Shown piece after piece: positions 51,048 to 61,611 of a DNA stretch of 64,000 bases. Each line of letters begins with the position of its first letter. Within the stretch, counting starts at the first letter, position 1. Under the pieces are notes generated by a model. That model did no database searches and had not been told where the DNA came from. It saw only the letters and a program-made list of their open reading frames with translations. This DNA comes from an uncultured Schwartzia sp. (GTDB lineage: Bacteria > Bacillota > Negativicutes > Selenomonadales > Selenomonadaceae): NCBI GenBank assembly GCA_964540025.1, contig CAZIKQ010000001.1:31260-95259 (forward strand). Reading direction: 5' to 3'. A program made the position numbers and the translations under genes.

Positions 51048-52026
51048 GAGCTTTCCCCTCCACCAGGGATTTTACCGCCCTGATGACCTGCTCCCTGGCT
51101 TTATCCAGCGTCTCCATAATGGTGCAACCGGCTGCCCGGTAATGGCCGCCGCCGCCAAACTCCATGGCCACGGAGCCCACGTCCAGTCCCCTTGACCGGA
51201 GGCTGACCTTGCACTTTCGGGGCTGGATTTCCTTTATCAGCACCGCTACCTCTACGGTATCGATGACTCGGACGAAGTCGATAAAGCCGTCAGTGCTTTC
51301 AATATCCTTTACCTGCTCGTAGGGCAGGAAAAGCCCGCCGATTTTCCCGTCGGAAAACAGCTCCATTGTCTGCACTGCCGCGGCCAAGGCCCGCTGCCGG
51401 TTGATGGGCCGGGCCTCCAGCGTTTCCGAAATAACGTTTGGCTCCGCCCCGGCCTCCACCAGAGCCGCCGCTGCCCGATGAGTGGAGGGTCTGGTATTGG
51501 AGTAACGGAAAAAACCCGTATCGGTGCAGATACCGGTATAGAGGCAGTCGGCAATATCCCTGGTCAGCCCCCCTTGACGGTCGAGTCCCACAATCAGATC
51601 GTAAATCAGTTCAGCCGTCGCCGATACCCGATAATCGCAGAAAAGGTAATCGGCCTGCTCATCATTGGTCCGATGATGGTCAATATTTACGGCGGGGATA
51701 TTCCTTCCCACATAATCCCGTACCCGGCCGATCCGTCCCAAATCCGTATCCAGGACCACCAGCAAATCAGCCGTCATTTCCCCGGGGCTTATCTCCTGCT
51801 GCCGGGATATATCAATGATCTCCTCGTAGCCCTTCAAAAAGCGGAAGGCAGCCGGCAGCCGGTCATCAAAAACCACCGCCGCCCTTTTGCCGTTATTTTT
51901 CAGGTACTGGCAAAGCCCCAGGGCTGAACCGATTCCATCGCCGTCCGGGCTCACGTGGGCAGTGATGGCAATATTGCCCGCCTCAAGGATTCGCTGTCCT
52001 GCTTCAATCAGCGTCAGTTTTTTCAT
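51040..52026 (-). CDS. nrnA: DHH/DHHA1 phosphoesterase (NrnA-type nanoRNase/pAp phosphatase)
   Basis: The start was moved to ATG 52026 (MKKLTLIEAG; RBS GGAGGGGG). The motifs are HVSPDGDGIGS, NIDHHRTN and GGGGHYRAAG. Confidence 0.8.
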   Translation of the reverse strand: MKKLTLIEAGQRILEAGNIAITAHVSPDGDGIGSALGLCQYLKNNGKRAAVVFDDRLPAAFRFLKGYEEIIDISRQQEISPGEMTADLLVVLDTDLGRIGRVRDYVGRNIPAVNIDHHRTNDEQADYLFCDYRVSATAELIYDLIVGLDRQGGLTRDIADCLYTGICTDTGFFRYSNTRPSTHRAAAALVEAGAEPNVISETLEARPINRQRALAAAVQTMELFSDGKIGGLFLPYEQVKDIESTDGFIDFVRVIDTVEVAVLIKEIQPRKCKVSLRSRGLDVGSVAMEFGGGGHYRAAGCTIMETLDKAREQVIRAVKSLVEGKAHG

Positions 52027-52417
52027 TTTCCCCCTCCTGGGAGACGGCTTTCCCCGTACTGCCACTAGCGGTCTCTTCCTCATGAATGCGATCGATGAGG
52101 TTCTGAATATGACCGCTGTATTCCAGGGATTTATCAAGCTCAAAGGAAATTTCGGGAGTGAAGTGGAGCCGGACCCTCTGGCCCAACTCCCGGCGCATAA
52201 AACCCAGGGCGCTTTGCAGTCCTTCCCAAGTGTTCTTCAGCTGGTCATCACTGCCCATCAGGCTCACATAGATTTTCGCGCTCCTCAAATCCCCGGTCAT
52301 TTCCACTGAGGTAACGGTTACAAAGCCGATGCGGGGATCCTTCAAATCATAGAGAATGATTTTTCCGGCTTCCTGTTTCATCAGCTCCTGTACCTTTTCC
52401 ACACGGAGTTGTGACAT
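52004..52417 (-). CDS. rbfA: ribosome-binding factor A
   Basis: RVEKVQELMKQEAGKIILYDLKDPRIGFVTVTSVEMTGDLRSAKIYVS is a canonical RbfA sequence. It has a C-terminal acidic extension. Confidence 0.9.
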   Translation of the reverse strand: MSQLRVEKVQELMKQEAGKIILYDLKDPRIGFVTVTSVEMTGDLRSAKIYVSLMGSDDQLKNTWEGLQSALGFMRRELGQRVRLHFTPEISFELDKSLEYSGHIQNLIDRIHEEETASGSTGKAVSQEGENEKTDAD

Positions 52418-52429
52418 ATTATCTCTCCA

Positions 52430-55084
52430 TTAGTCCTTCTCGTCAGATTGATTCAAATCATTGATATCAGCGGCAATTTCTTCCATAGTGTAGACCTCCA
52501 GCACATCGCCTTCCCGATAATCCCGGAAATCCTTTACGGTAAGGCCGCACTCATAGCCGCTGGCAACTTCCTTCACATCGTCCTTGAAGCGGCGGAGGGA
52601 ATCCACCTCTCCATCGTAAATGACGATGTTGTCCCGAAGGAGGCGGACCTTGGAATTATTGGTGATCTTGCCCTCCAGGACATAGCTGCCAGCCACGATA
52701 ATCTTAGCGAACTTCATGACTTGACGGATCTCTACCCGGCCCTGAACGATCTCTTTGTACTTCGGCGCCAGCATACCGGACATTGCGTCCTTCACATCGT
52801 TGATGGCATCGTAAATCACCTGATAGGTACGGATGTCGATCTTTTCGGCATCGGCAACCTTTCGGGCATTTGCGTCGGGCCGGACATTGAAGGCGATAAT
52901 AAGCGCGTTCGAAGCGGCGGCCAGCATGACGTCGGACTCATTTACCGCGCCGACGCCGGAATGAATGATGCTGACCCGGACCTCATCGTTCTTGTTAAGG
53001 CTGAGGAGGGAGCTGTTGATCGCCTCAACGGAGCCTTGTCCGTCAGCCTTGATGAGGATATTGAGATCCTTAATGCTGCCCTCCTGGATCTGCTGGAACA
53101 GATCGTCAAGGGAAACCTTCTTTTTATTGATAAGCTGGTTGCGCTGACGCTCGATGCGCTTTTCCGCAATGGAACGGGCCAGCTTCTCGTCAAGGGCCGC
53201 CAGATCGTCACCGGCGGCCGGTACAGCGTTGAGGCCAAGGACTTCAACGGGAGTTGACGGACCGGCTTTCTTTACGCTGTCGCCCCGGTCATTGGTCATG
53301 GCCCGGACTTTACCATAGGTGGTCCCGGCAATGATGGAATCGCCGATACGGAGGGTACCGTTCTGAACCAGGACGGTGGCCACCGGCCCGCGCCCCTTAT
53401 CCAGCTGGGCCTCGATGATGACGCCCCGGGCTTCCCGGTTCGGGTTGGCTTTCAGCTCCGCCACTTCGGCCACCAGCAGAATATTTTCCAGCAGGTCTTC
53501 AATACCGATCTTCTTCTTGGCGGAGACCGGTACCATGATGGCGTCGCCGCCCCATTCCTCGGAGACGATGCCCTGCTCTGCCAGCTGCTGTTTTACATGC
53601 TCCGGGTTCGCGCCGGGCTTATCGATCTTGTTTACTGCCACGACGATGGGAACGTTTGCCGACTTGGCGTGATTGATGGCTTCTATGGTCTGGGGCATTA
53701 CCCCGTCGTCAGCGGCTACTACGAGAACCGCCACGTCGGTTACCTGAGCGCCCCGAGCCCGCATGGCGGTGAATGCCTCATGACCGGGAGTATCCAGAAA
53801 GACGATTTTCTTACCCTGGCAGTTGACCTGATAGGCGCCGATGCGCTGGGTAATGCCGCCGGCCTCCTGACTGGTGACCGAGCTGGACCGGATGCAGTCC
53901 AGGAGGGATGTTTTACCGTGGTCTACATGACCCATTACGGTGACGACCGGCGGGCGCAGAACCAGAGACTGGGGCGAATCTTCAATCACCGGGATTTCAG
54001 TTGGGTCTACCTCCGGCGGCAGTTCCTCCACCTCAACCCCAAAGGAATCGGCAACCAGGGCGGCTGTATCGAAGTCTATCTCCTGATTGATGGTGGCCAG
54101 AACCCCCATAAGCATGAGCTTCTTGATGATCTCAACCGCCGTGAGGCTCATCTTGCTGGCCAGATCCTTGACCGCAATGACCTCGCCGACCTTTATCTTC
54201 TTGGGACGGGCGATCTCTGCCTTCTGGGGGACCTGGGCGGCCCGGCCTTTATTGTCCCGGCCCTTTCCCTTGCCGCCGAAATTCTTCGGTCCTCTGGAAC
54301 GGTTGTCCTCCTTGAAGCCATTGCGGCCCTTGCTGTTGTCCCTGCCTCTTCCCTTGTCGTTTGTCTTGTTGCCGTGGGCGGCATTCTTTCCGCTCCGCTG
54401 CTGGCCGCTGCCGCTTTCATTTTCAAACCGGCGCTTGCCCCCTGAGTTATTGTTGCCGCCGTTATTTTGGGGCTGGGGCGCAGGCTGACTGCTCTGAGGG
54501 CGATTTCCGCCGCCGCTGCGATCATTTGGCTGGCGGCGCTCGCTGTTATTCCCGGCGTTACCGCTGCCATTGGCATTGGGTCGATTCTCCCGGAGGCCGT
54601 TGTTATTGCGGCCGCCCTGGTTCTCCCTGCGGGACTGTTCCCCATTGCGGCCGCCGCTCTGCTGAGGCTGGGCGGCGGGCTTTGCAGCGGGCTGGGGCTG
54701 GCGGGCTTTCTGCTCTGCCGGTTTTTCCGCCTTATTCTCGGCAGCTTCCTGCTTCTCGGCTTTTTTCTTCCCCGCCTCCGGTTTCTCGGCCTTTTCTTCT
54801 TTTTTCGGCTCTTCTTTTAGCTGGGGCGCCGCTTCCTTCTTTGGTTCAACCTTTTCTTCCGGCTTAGACGCCGCCGGAGCCGGCTTTGCGGCAGACGGAC
54901 GAACCGGTTTTCTGGCGGGCTTCGCCCCGGCCAGGGCTTCCTTGACAATGGACTGTCCGGCATCATCTACTCCGGACATATTATTCTTTACCTCGATGCG
55001 ATGCTTCTTCAGAATCTCCAGTACGGTTTTGGTATCTACCTTCAGCTCCCGTGCCAGCTCAAATACTCTCATCTTCGACATCAA
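52430..55084 (-). CDS. infB: translation initiation factor IF-2
   Basis: 884 aa with a low-complexity basic/Gln-rich N-region and a GTPase domain ([29 protein letters not shown]). Confidence 0.95.
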   Translation of the reverse strand: MMSKMRVFELARELKVDTKTVLEILKKHRIEVKNNMSGVDDAGQSIVKEALAGAKPARKPVRPSAAKPAPAASKPEEKVEPKKEAAPQLKEEPKKEEKAEKPEAGKKKAEKQEAAENKAEKPAEQKARQPQPAAKPAAQPQQSGGRNGEQSRRENQGGRNNNGLRENRPNANGSGNAGNNSERRQPNDRSGGGNRPQSSQPAPQPQNNGGNNNSGGKRRFENESGSGQQRSGKNAAHGNKTNDKGRGRDNSKGRNGFKEDNRSRGPKNFGGKGKGRDNKGRAAQVPQKAEIARPKKIKVGEVIAVKDLASKMSLTAVEIIKKLMLMGVLATINQEIDFDTAALVADSFGVEVEELPPEVDPTEIPVIEDSPQSLVLRPPVVTVMGHVDHGKTSLLDCIRSSSVTSQEAGGITQRIGAYQVNCQGKKIVFLDTPGHEAFTAMRARGAQVTDVAVLVVAADDGVMPQTIEAINHAKSANVPIVVAVNKIDKPGANPEHVKQQLAEQGIVSEEWGGDAIMVPVSAKKKIGIEDLLENILLVAEVAELKANPNREARGVIIEAQLDKGRGPVATVLVQNGTLRIGDSIIAGTTYGKVRAMTNDRGDSVKKAGPSTPVEVLGLNAVPAAGDDLAALDEKLARSIAEKRIERQRNQLINKKKVSLDDLFQQIQEGSIKDLNILIKADGQGSVEAINSSLLSLNKNDEVRVSIIHSGVGAVNESDVMLAAASNALIIAFNVRPDANARKVADAEKIDIRTYQVIYDAINDVKDAMSGMLAPKYKEIVQGRVEIRQVMKFAKIIVAGSYVLEGKITNNSKVRLLRDNIVIYDGEVDSLRRFKDDVKEVASGYECGLTVKDFRDYREGDVLEVYTMEEIAADINDLNQSDEKD

Positions 55085-55098
55085 TCCACCCCCGTGTT

Positions 55099-55428
55099 CT
55101 ACTTCTTCAACAATTCCGGCGCCGCTATCTTTAAGACCGATTTCTTAAATCCGTTATCGAGCACCGCGGCAATGCCTCTGGGGCTTTTCCCCAAGGCCTG
55201 GCCTATATCATTTCGGGTCAACGCCGTAATCAGCGTCACCTCGTTAATTTCAGCTTCCTGCTGATATTTCTTCCTCACTCTTTCGGTGGCATCCTCCGCC
55301 AGAATGAGCAGCCTCACCTTGTTCCTGCGGAGATTTCCTTCCACCTCAGGCTCGGCTGATACTGCTTTACCGGCGGCCTGGGCCAGGCCCAGCAGCTGTT
55401 TCAGCCGCCGGGCCTCCACCGGACTCAT
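55099..55428 (-). CDS. L7Ae/L30e-family RNA-binding protein (YlxQ-like)
   Basis: 109 aa in the conserved position between ylxR and infB. The pattern is AGKAVSA...[10 protein letters not shown]... Confidence 0.75.
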   Translation of the reverse strand: MSPVEARRLKQLLGLAQAAGKAVSAEPEVEGNLRRNKVRLLILAEDATERVRKKYQQEAEINEVTLITALTRNDIGQALGKSPRGIAAVLDNGFKKSVLKIAAPELLKK

Positions 55429-55700
55429 TCCGCGCCTCCGAAAAGCTGGGCTCTTGCTTCGGCCAGCTTTTCCGCCGCCACCGGTTCCTTAAAGGCTTTG
55501 GCAAACTGTTTTGTCCTTACCGCTGCGTCAAAGCACTGGACTTTTTTGCAGATGTAGGCTCCCCGGCCGGGCTTCTTTCCCACCGGATCGTAGGAAATTT
55601 CCCCTTCCGGACTCCTGACGATCCTGGCCATCTCCTTCTTGGGATGGGGTTCCTTACAGCCGAGGCATAGTCTGACGGGGATTTTCTTCACCTTTGCCAT
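55425..55700 (-). CDS. YlxR/RnpM family protein (DUF448)
   Basis: 91 aa. KKIPVRLCLGCKEPHPKKEMARIV...GRGAYIC is the YlxR signature. It lies downstream of nusA. Confidence 0.85.
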   Translation of the reverse strand: MAKVKKIPVRLCLGCKEPHPKKEMARIVRSPEGEISYDPVGKKPGRGAYICKKVQCFDAAVRTKQFAKAFKEPVAAEKLAEARAQLFGGAE

Positions 55701-55703
55701 AGC

Positions 55704-56867
55704 CTAGACCTCCTCAGCGTTAAAAGCCTCCGCTTCACCGATTTCCACAAAGCTCATGGAGTCGTCTGCCCCATCGTCGCCGATTTGGGATTCGCTCTTG
55801 ATATCGATCTTCCAGCCGGTGAGCTTTGCCGCCAGCCGGGCGTTCTGTCCTTCCTTGCCGATGGCCAGGGAAAGGTGTTCATCAGGCACGATCACCCGGG
55901 AAATCTTTTCTTCTTCATTGACGGCCACCGACAGGACCTGCGCCGGGCTGAGGGCGTTGGCAATGTATTTTGCCGGGTCAGCGCTCCACTTCACAATATC
56001 GATTTTCTCGTTCCGCAGCTCGTTGACGATGGCCTGTACCCGCATTCCCTTCAGGCCGACGCAGGAGCCTACCGGATCTACATCTTCATCGTTTGAATGA
56101 ACGGCGATCTTGGAACGCATACCCGGCTCCCTGGCTACCGATTTAATCTCTACCGTACCGTCGGCAATCTCCGGCACTTCATTTTCAAAAAGCCGCTTCA
56201 AAAGTCCCGGGTGGGTTCGGGATACCACGATCTGCGGTCCCTTATTGGTTTTCTTGACCTCAATGATGAAAGCCTTGATGGTCTCCCCTACCCGGTAGGT
56301 TTCCCCGGCGACCTGTTCGGAGAGGGCCATCATGGCCGCGGTTTTACCGAGGTTGATGTAGACATGCTGCTTGTCTACCCGCTCGATCATACCGGTAACG
56401 ATATCGCTCTCCTGACTGGAAAACTCATCATAAATTATCCCCCGCTCCGCTTCGCGGATTTTTTGGACCACCATCTGCTTGGCATTCTGAGCGGCGATAC
56501 GGCCGAAATTCGCCGGGGTGACATCGATCTCCAAAATGTCTCCCACCTGATAATCCGGGTTGATTGCCTGCGCCTCACCCAGGGAGATCTCCCGGACTTC
56601 ATCAGCGACTTCCTCAACGATGTTTTTCCTGGCGTAAATGTGGAAGCTGCCGGTTTCCCGATTCAGCTCTACCCGAACGTCCGCATTGGTGCCGGTATCG
56701 CGATGGTAGGCATTTACCAGGGCTTCCTCAATGGCTTCATACAGCACCTCCGGCTCGATCCCCTTGCCGGTGCAGAGCATATTCAGCGCATTGATAAATT
56801 CCCTGGCCCGCTCTTCTTCCTTCTGTTTCGGCTTGGCCCGGCCCTTTCCTCTGCTACTTTTTATCAA
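55704..56867 (-). CDS. nusA: transcription termination/antitermination factor NusA
   Basis: TTG start with GGAGG 8 nt upstream. It has a short basic N-extension, then EFINALNMLCTGKGIEPEVLYEAIEEAL, followed by S1 and two KH domains. Confidence 0.92.
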   Translation of the reverse strand: MIKSSRGKGRAKPKQKEEERAREFINALNMLCTGKGIEPEVLYEAIEEALVNAYHRDTGTNADVRVELNRETGSFHIYARKNIVEEVADEVREISLGEAQAINPDYQVGDILEIDVTPANFGRIAAQNAKQMVVQKIREAERGIIYDEFSSQESDIVTGMIERVDKQHVYINLGKTAAMMALSEQVAGETYRVGETIKAFIIEVKKTNKGPQIVVSRTHPGLLKRLFENEVPEIADGTVEIKSVAREPGMRSKIAVHSNDEDVDPVGSCVGLKGMRVQAIVNELRNEKIDIVKWSADPAKYIANALSPAQVLSVAVNEEEKISRVIVPDEHLSLAIGKEGQNARLAAKLTGWKIDIKSESQIGDDGADDSMSFVEIGEAEAFNAEEV

Positions 56868-56912
56868 GACTTTTTCCTCCCGCTTATATTAAAACTCCTA
56901 ATATCCGTTGAC

Positions 56913-57425
56913 TTAAATTTCTATATAAAGGCGTACCCGGGCGATCTTGCCGCGCTGAATCTCCCGAAAGCTTTCCGGGCTTTCCCCTTCCAGCCGCAGG
57001 CAGCTTTTGTCTTCACTGAGGCCAACCAGCTTGCCCACGATGGTTTTCTTCCCGTCAACAGGCTCGTAAAGGGAAACCTCCACCGCTTTGCCAGCCTCCC
57101 GGACAAAATCCCGATCCTTTCTCAGGACCCGATCGAGGCCGGGGGAAGAAACCTCCAAAACGTAGGCTCCGGGAATAAAATCTTCCCGGTCCAGCTCCTC
57201 CTCGAGCCTTTCGCTGAGGGTCTGGCAGTCGCCGATCCCAATGCCGGACGCCTTATCGATGAACACTCTCAGATACTGTTCATGCTCCTTCACAAATTCC
57301 ACGTCGACCACTTCAAGCTCGCTGCCGGCCGTCAGCTGCCGGACGATCTCTTCCACCCGGTCCTCCACGGTGGAGCTTACGCTTTTTCCTTTTGCCACGC
57401 CCTTGTCCCCTTCGTAAAATTTCAA
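56913..57425 (-). CDS. rimP: ribosome maturation factor RimP
   Basis: ELEVVDVEFVKEHEQYLRVFIDKASGIGIGDCQTLSERL is the RimP pattern. It lies upstream of nusA. The exact start is uncertain. Confidence 0.85.
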   Translation of the reverse strand: MKFYEGDKGVAKGKSVSSTVEDRVEEIVRQLTAGSELEVVDVEFVKEHEQYLRVFIDKASGIGIGDCQTLSERLEEELDREDFIPGAYVLEVSSPGLDRVLRKDRDFVREAGKAVEVSLYEPVDGKKTIVGKLVGLSEDKSCLRLEGESPESFREIQRGKIARVRLYIEI

Positions 57426-57550
57426 ATAAGTAATGACGCCAAGTGGTAATCAATAAATGAAGAGTGGGCGTCCACCCACTCTTCAATCATAATACATTAA
57501 CTTATGATCGGAGTATATCACCTTTTGGGCAGGATGTAAACATTTATCGC

Positions 57551-57586
57551 AAAAAAAAGATGTGCCGCTGCTGTCAGCAACACATC
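57551..57586 (-). terminator. terminator after ilvN
   Basis: The minus strand reads GATGTG-TT-GCTG-ACAG-CAGC-GG-CACATC followed by T8. Confidence 0.6.
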
Positions 57587-57596
57587 CTGATGATAT

Positions 57597-58097
57597 CTAC
57601 ATACGTTTTACCGGCACCGGGCCCCGGGAGAGAGCAATCGCGCCGGTGCGGGCGATCTCGATAATCTCGTACTCGGAGAGCACCTCGCAAAGGGCATCGA
57701 TTTTGCTTTCTTCACCGGTCAGCTCAATGACCACATTTTCCGGGCTCACGTCAATGATCTTTGCCCGGAAAATATTTACCACGTTGATGATATCCGCCCG
57801 GTCTTCCTTCGTGGCGTGAACCTTGATAAGCACCAGCTCGCGGCTGATGGAATCGGCCTCGCTGAGGTTGACGATCTTTATCACGTCGATGAGCTTTCCC
57901 AGCTGGGTCACTACCTGATTCAGCTCGTGATCGCTATCGACGGACACTACGATATTTATTCTGGTAACATCCGCCTCCTCGGTATAGCCGGCTGAGATAC
58001 TCTCAATATTGAAGGCCCGGCGGCTGATCAGTCCGGATACGTGGGTGAGAACCCCCGGCTTGTTGTCTACAAGGACAGCGAGAAGATATTTTTTCAC
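57597..58097 (-). CDS. ilvN: acetolactate synthase small (regulatory) subunit
   Basis: 166 aa. The ACT domain N-terminus is LAVLVDNKPGVLTHVSGLISRRAFNIESI. Confidence 0.9.
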   Translation of the reverse strand: MKKYLLAVLVDNKPGVLTHVSGLISRRAFNIESISAGYTEEADVTRINIVVSVDSDHELNQVVTQLGKLIDVIKIVNLSEADSISRELVLIKVHATKEDRADIINVVNIFRAKIIDVSPENVVIELTGEESKIDALCEVLSEYEIIEIARTGAIALSRGPVPVKRM

Positions 58098-59785
58098 TTG
58101 TCATTACCTCCCAGCATCATATTATCCAGCGGCTCTCCCGGCGCAACCATCGGCAGAACATCGTCGTCTTCGGGAATCATCACGTCTACCAGAGCCGGTC
58201 CCTGGTAATCAAATGCCTCCTGCAACACTGATTGCAGCTCCTCCGGTTCACTGACCCGATAGCCCTTGACCCCCATCGCCTCCGCCAGCTTCACCAGGTC
58301 GGTCTTTCCCTTCAGGATCGTGTTGGAGTAGCGCTCGCCATAGAAAGCCCGCTGCCACTGAGTAACCATGCCCAGCACGTGATTGTGCAGGACGACCGCC
58401 TTTACCCGGATATCGTTGTCCGCCGCGGTGGCAAACTCCTGGCAGTTCATCATGATGCTGCCGTCTCCGGTGATGAGGACCACCTGCTTGTCCGGATTCG
58501 CCAGCTTGGCGCCGACAGCCGCCGGCAGTCCGTACCCCATCGTTCCCTGACCGCCGGAGGTAATGAACCGCCGCGGCTCTCTGGCGTTGTAAAACTGGGC
58601 CGCCCACATCTGATGCTGGCCCACATCCGTGACTACGATATCATCCTTGCCCAGCATAGCGCTGATGGCTTCCACCACCTGGGGCCCGGCGATGATATTC
58701 TCTCTCTTTACATAGGAAAAGGGCTTATCATGACTCAGAGCCTTCACATAATCCAGCCAATTTCCGCAGGCCTTCGCAAAGTCAAAGTCTGACCCCTCCA
58801 GCCTGTCGGCAAACCGGGGCAAAGTCCAGCCCAAGTCGCCCTTTACCTGATAATCCACCGGCACATTCTTCCCGATTTCCGCCGGATCCACCTCAAAGTG
58901 AGCGATTTTCGCATTGGGGGCAAAAACCTCCAGCTTGCCGGTGACCCGATCGTCAAAGCGGACGCCGATACCCAGAACGAGATCCGCCTCCGTCATGGCA
59001 ATGTTGGCCGCATAGGAACCGTGCATTCCCACCATCCCCAAAAAATGACCGTCGTCTCCGGCTATGCAGCCCAGTCCCATCAGGGAGCTTACCACCGGCA
59101 TTCCGGTGCGGGCCACAATGCGGCGGATCTCCCTTGAGGTGCCGGAGAGAGTGACGCCGCCGCCAATAAAGAGCAAGGGCTTCTCTGCCTGTTCCAGGGC
59201 CCTGACGACCTGCTGAACCTCGGTTTCTTCGCCGGGATTCTCCCCCCGGTAACCCTTGAGATTTACCGTTTCCGGATAGCTGTAATCAAATTTTGCCGCA
59301 AATACATCCTTGGCCACATCGATGACCACCGGGCCGGGGCGGCCGGTTCTGGCTATATAGAAAGCCTCTTTCAGGACCCGCGGCAGATCCTCCGCCCGCT
59401 TCACCAGATAATTGTGCTTGGTGATGGGCGTGGTAATGCCAACGATGTCCGCCTCCTGAAAGGAATCCTTGCCGATGTAAGGATTGCCCACCTGCCCAGT
59501 AATGCAGACCAGGGGAATTGAATCGATATAGGCAGTGGCGATACCGGTAACAAGGTTAGTGGCCCCGGGGCCGGAGGTGGCAAACGCCACTCCTACCTTC
59601 CCGGTAGATCGGGCATAGCCGTCGGCGGCGTGAACCGCCCCCTGCTCATGACGGGTCAGAATATGAGGAAAATCCATCTGATAGACAGCATCATACAATG
59701 TGAGGACGGCACCACCGGGATAGCCAAATACCACCTTGACTCCTTCTTTTCTGAGGCTGGTAATGATCGCCTCTGCACCATTCAT
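58094..59785 (-). CDS. ilvB: acetolactate synthase large subunit
   Basis: The start was moved to ATG 59785 (MNGAEAIITSLRKEGVKVVFGYPGG). The ThDP motif is GDGSIMMNCQE. It overlaps ilvN by 4 nt. Confidence 0.92.
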   Translation of the reverse strand: MNGAEAIITSLRKEGVKVVFGYPGGAVLTLYDAVYQMDFPHILTRHEQGAVHAADGYARSTGKVGVAFATSGPGATNLVTGIATAYIDSIPLVCITGQVGNPYIGKDSFQEADIVGITTPITKHNYLVKRAEDLPRVLKEAFYIARTGRPGPVVIDVAKDVFAAKFDYSYPETVNLKGYRGENPGEETEVQQVVRALEQAEKPLLFIGGGVTLSGTSREIRRIVARTGMPVVSSLMGLGCIAGDDGHFLGMVGMHGSYAANIAMTEADLVLGIGVRFDDRVTGKLEVFAPNAKIAHFEVDPAEIGKNVPVDYQVKGDLGWTLPRFADRLEGSDFDFAKACGNWLDYVKALSHDKPFSYVKRENIIAGPQVVEAISAMLGKDDIVVTDVGQHQMWAAQFYNAREPRRFITSGGQGTMGYGLPAAVGAKLANPDKQVVLITGDGSIMMNCQEFATAADNDIRVKAVVLHNHVLGMVTQWQRAFYGERYSNTILKGKTDLVKLAEAMGVKGYRVSEPEELQSVLQEAFDYQGPALVDVMIPEDDDVLPMVAPGEPLDNMMLGGNDK

Positions 59786-59810
59786 CAACAAAATAATCCC
59801 TCTTTCCGGA

Positions 59811-59846
59811 GTAAAAAAATAAATCGGCCGGTAAAACCACCGGCCG
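59811..59846 (-). terminator. terminator after the metal-binding SBP gene
   Basis: The minus strand reads CGGCCGGT-GGTTTT-ACCGGCCG followed by ATTTATTTTTTT. Confidence 0.6.
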
Positions 59847-59884
59847 AAGCTGACTAGGTTTACAGCGTTACATTCTATCACAGA

Positions 59885-60895
59885 TCATTTCAAAACGCTA
59901 TAGAGAGTATCAATATTCTTTTTCATGGTCTCCAGATAGGAATTTTCCGCCTCCGGCCCGGCTTCACCAGTAACGCAGGGGTCAAGGACAACGATCTTCG
60001 CACCCGTTTCTCTGGCAATAGTCTCGGCCGCTCCCGCCGGATACTGTGGCTCCACGCAGAGGACTTTCACCGGCAGCGCTTTTACCGAAGCGATAGTTTC
60101 TTCCAATTCCTTCGGCGTCGGTTCTGCCCCGGGCTCCCGCTGAATCGTCCGGACGATATTCAGCTTCTGCTCCTGGGCAAAGTACGGGAACGCCTCATGA
60201 AAGTTAACGATATCCCGGCTCTTCAGCTCCTTCAATTTGTCACCGGCGTACTGCTGAAGCTCCGCCAGCTTACCGTCATATTTCCGGGCATTTCTTCCGT
60301 ACGCGCCGGCGTTGGCCGGGTCAAGGGCCGCCAGACTTCTGGCGATCCCCGCCACCTCCTCCCGGGCGGAGGCGATCCGCAGCCAGACGTGGGGATTTAT
60401 TTCCGCGCCCTCTCTGATCAGGGGGATCCCGGCGGAAGCGGTGACCACTGCCAGGCGTTTATTCGTTTCCACGGCCTTGGCCAGAAAGCTCTCCATGCCG
60501 CCGCCATTGGCGATAAAAACATCCGCCCAGGCAAGCTTCTTCATGTCCTCAGCCGTGAGGCTGTAATCGTGGAGACAGCCGGTCTGAGGAGCGGTAAGGT
60601 TTGTGACGGTCACATCCGGCACTCCTTTGACCACATTCAGCGTCATGACGTACATAGGAAAGAATGAGGTCAGAATCCGGAGCTTCTCCCCGTCCCTTCT
60701 GGCTATGGCCTGCAATGCCTTTTGCTGTTTTACGGCATCCTCCCTGCTGACTTGAGTGACAGCTTCCGGCTGGCGGTCTTGTCCCGGCTCATGCGCATGA
60801 TCCGGCTTCGGCCCGCTGCCGCAGCCGGTCACAAGCAGGACTGCCGTGATAACCATCCCCAGGAGGCTAAATAATCTTTTTTTCAACCCAAACAT
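59885..60895 (-). CDS. metal (Zn/Mn) ABC transporter substrate-binding lipoprotein, ZnuA/TroA family
   Basis: Lipobox LLVTGC and an N-terminal His/Asp/Pro-rich stretch (PDHAHEPG). The cluster A-I SBP pattern is ILTSFFPMYVMT...LHDYSLTAEDMKKLAWADVFIANG. No cognate permease or ATPase gene lies next to it. Confidence 0.8.
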   Translation of the reverse strand: MFGLKKRLFSLLGMVITAVLLVTGCGSGPKPDHAHEPGQDRQPEAVTQVSREDAVKQQKALQAIARRDGEKLRILTSFFPMYVMTLNVVKGVPDVTVTNLTAPQTGCLHDYSLTAEDMKKLAWADVFIANGGGMESFLAKAVETNKRLAVVTASAGIPLIREGAEINPHVWLRIASAREEVAGIARSLAALDPANAGAYGRNARKYDGKLAELQQYAGDKLKELKSRDIVNFHEAFPYFAQEQKLNIVRTIQREPGAEPTPKELEETIASVKALPVKVLCVEPQYPAGAAETIARETGAKIVVLDPCVTGEAGPEAENSYLETMKKNIDTLYSVLK

Positions 60896-60918
60896 CCTTT
60901 CAACCAACTGCGCGTTTA

Positions 60919-61611
60919 TTACTGATTATATTTTTTCATGACCGCCGTAAGGGCGGCAATTTTTCCGCCGATGTCGTCAGCCAGCGTTATGTCCGAAACC
61001 ACCGCACAATGCTCTGCCCCCGCGGCGGCTACCGCGCCGATATTATGTTCCTTTATCCCGCCGATGGCCACGAAGGGCAGACCCGTTCCAGCGTACGTAT
61101 CAGCGGCCAGCTCGATGTAGTCGAGACCGGTGACCGGCGCCGCCTGTTCCTTCGTCCGGGTGGGATAAACGGGCCCGGCGCCGATATAATCGATAACGCC
61201 CCTTCTATACAGCTCCACCGCTTCCTTCAGATCCGCCGGATTATGGGTGGACAGGCCGATGACCAGATCCTTTCCCACCAGCTCCCGGACGGCGGCGGCC
61301 GGCAGGTCATCCTGTCCCACGTGAACCCCGTCGGCTCCGATCAACAGGGCCAGGTCCACATAATCATCCACCAGGAGAGCCGCCCCGTACCCGGCGGTGA
61401 GCTGCCGGAGAAGCAGTCCCTCCTCATACATGGCTCGGAGGGATTTTTTCTTTTCCCGGTACTGGACAAATTTTACTCCCGCCGCCAACGCCTCCCGAAC
61501 CAGGTTAATATTGCCCCGTCCTGCCGACTGGCCCTCATCGGTAATGGCGTATATGGGACTTTGTTCAAAGCAGGCCATCGCTTTTTCCCGACCTGAAATT
61601 TCTTTTTTCAT
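60919..61611 (-). CDS. thiE: thiamine-phosphate synthase
   Basis: IYAITDE, VQYREK, GADGVHVGQDDLP and FVAIGGI are the ThiE blocks. The start abuts the nif3 stop. Confidence 0.88.
   Translation of the reverse strand: MKKEISGREKAMACFEQSPIYAITDEGQSAGRGNINLVREALAAGVKFVQYREKKKSLRAMYEEGLLLRQLTAGYGAALLVDDYVDLALLIGADGVHVGQDDLPAAAVRELVGKDLVIGLSTHNPADLKEAVELYRRGVIDYIGAGPVYPTRTKEQAAPVTGLDYIELAADTYAGTGLPFVAIGGIKEHNIGAVAAAGAEHCAVVSDITLADDIGGKIAALTAVMKKYNQ

Noticed and set aside
57453-57478. Perfect 10-bp hairpin GAAGAGTGGG-N6-CCCACTCTTC just upstream of rimP.
   Set aside because: It is an isolated palindrome without a U-tract or partner motif. It probably belongs to the rimP-nusA leader or to transcript processing, and there is not enough evidence to name it.
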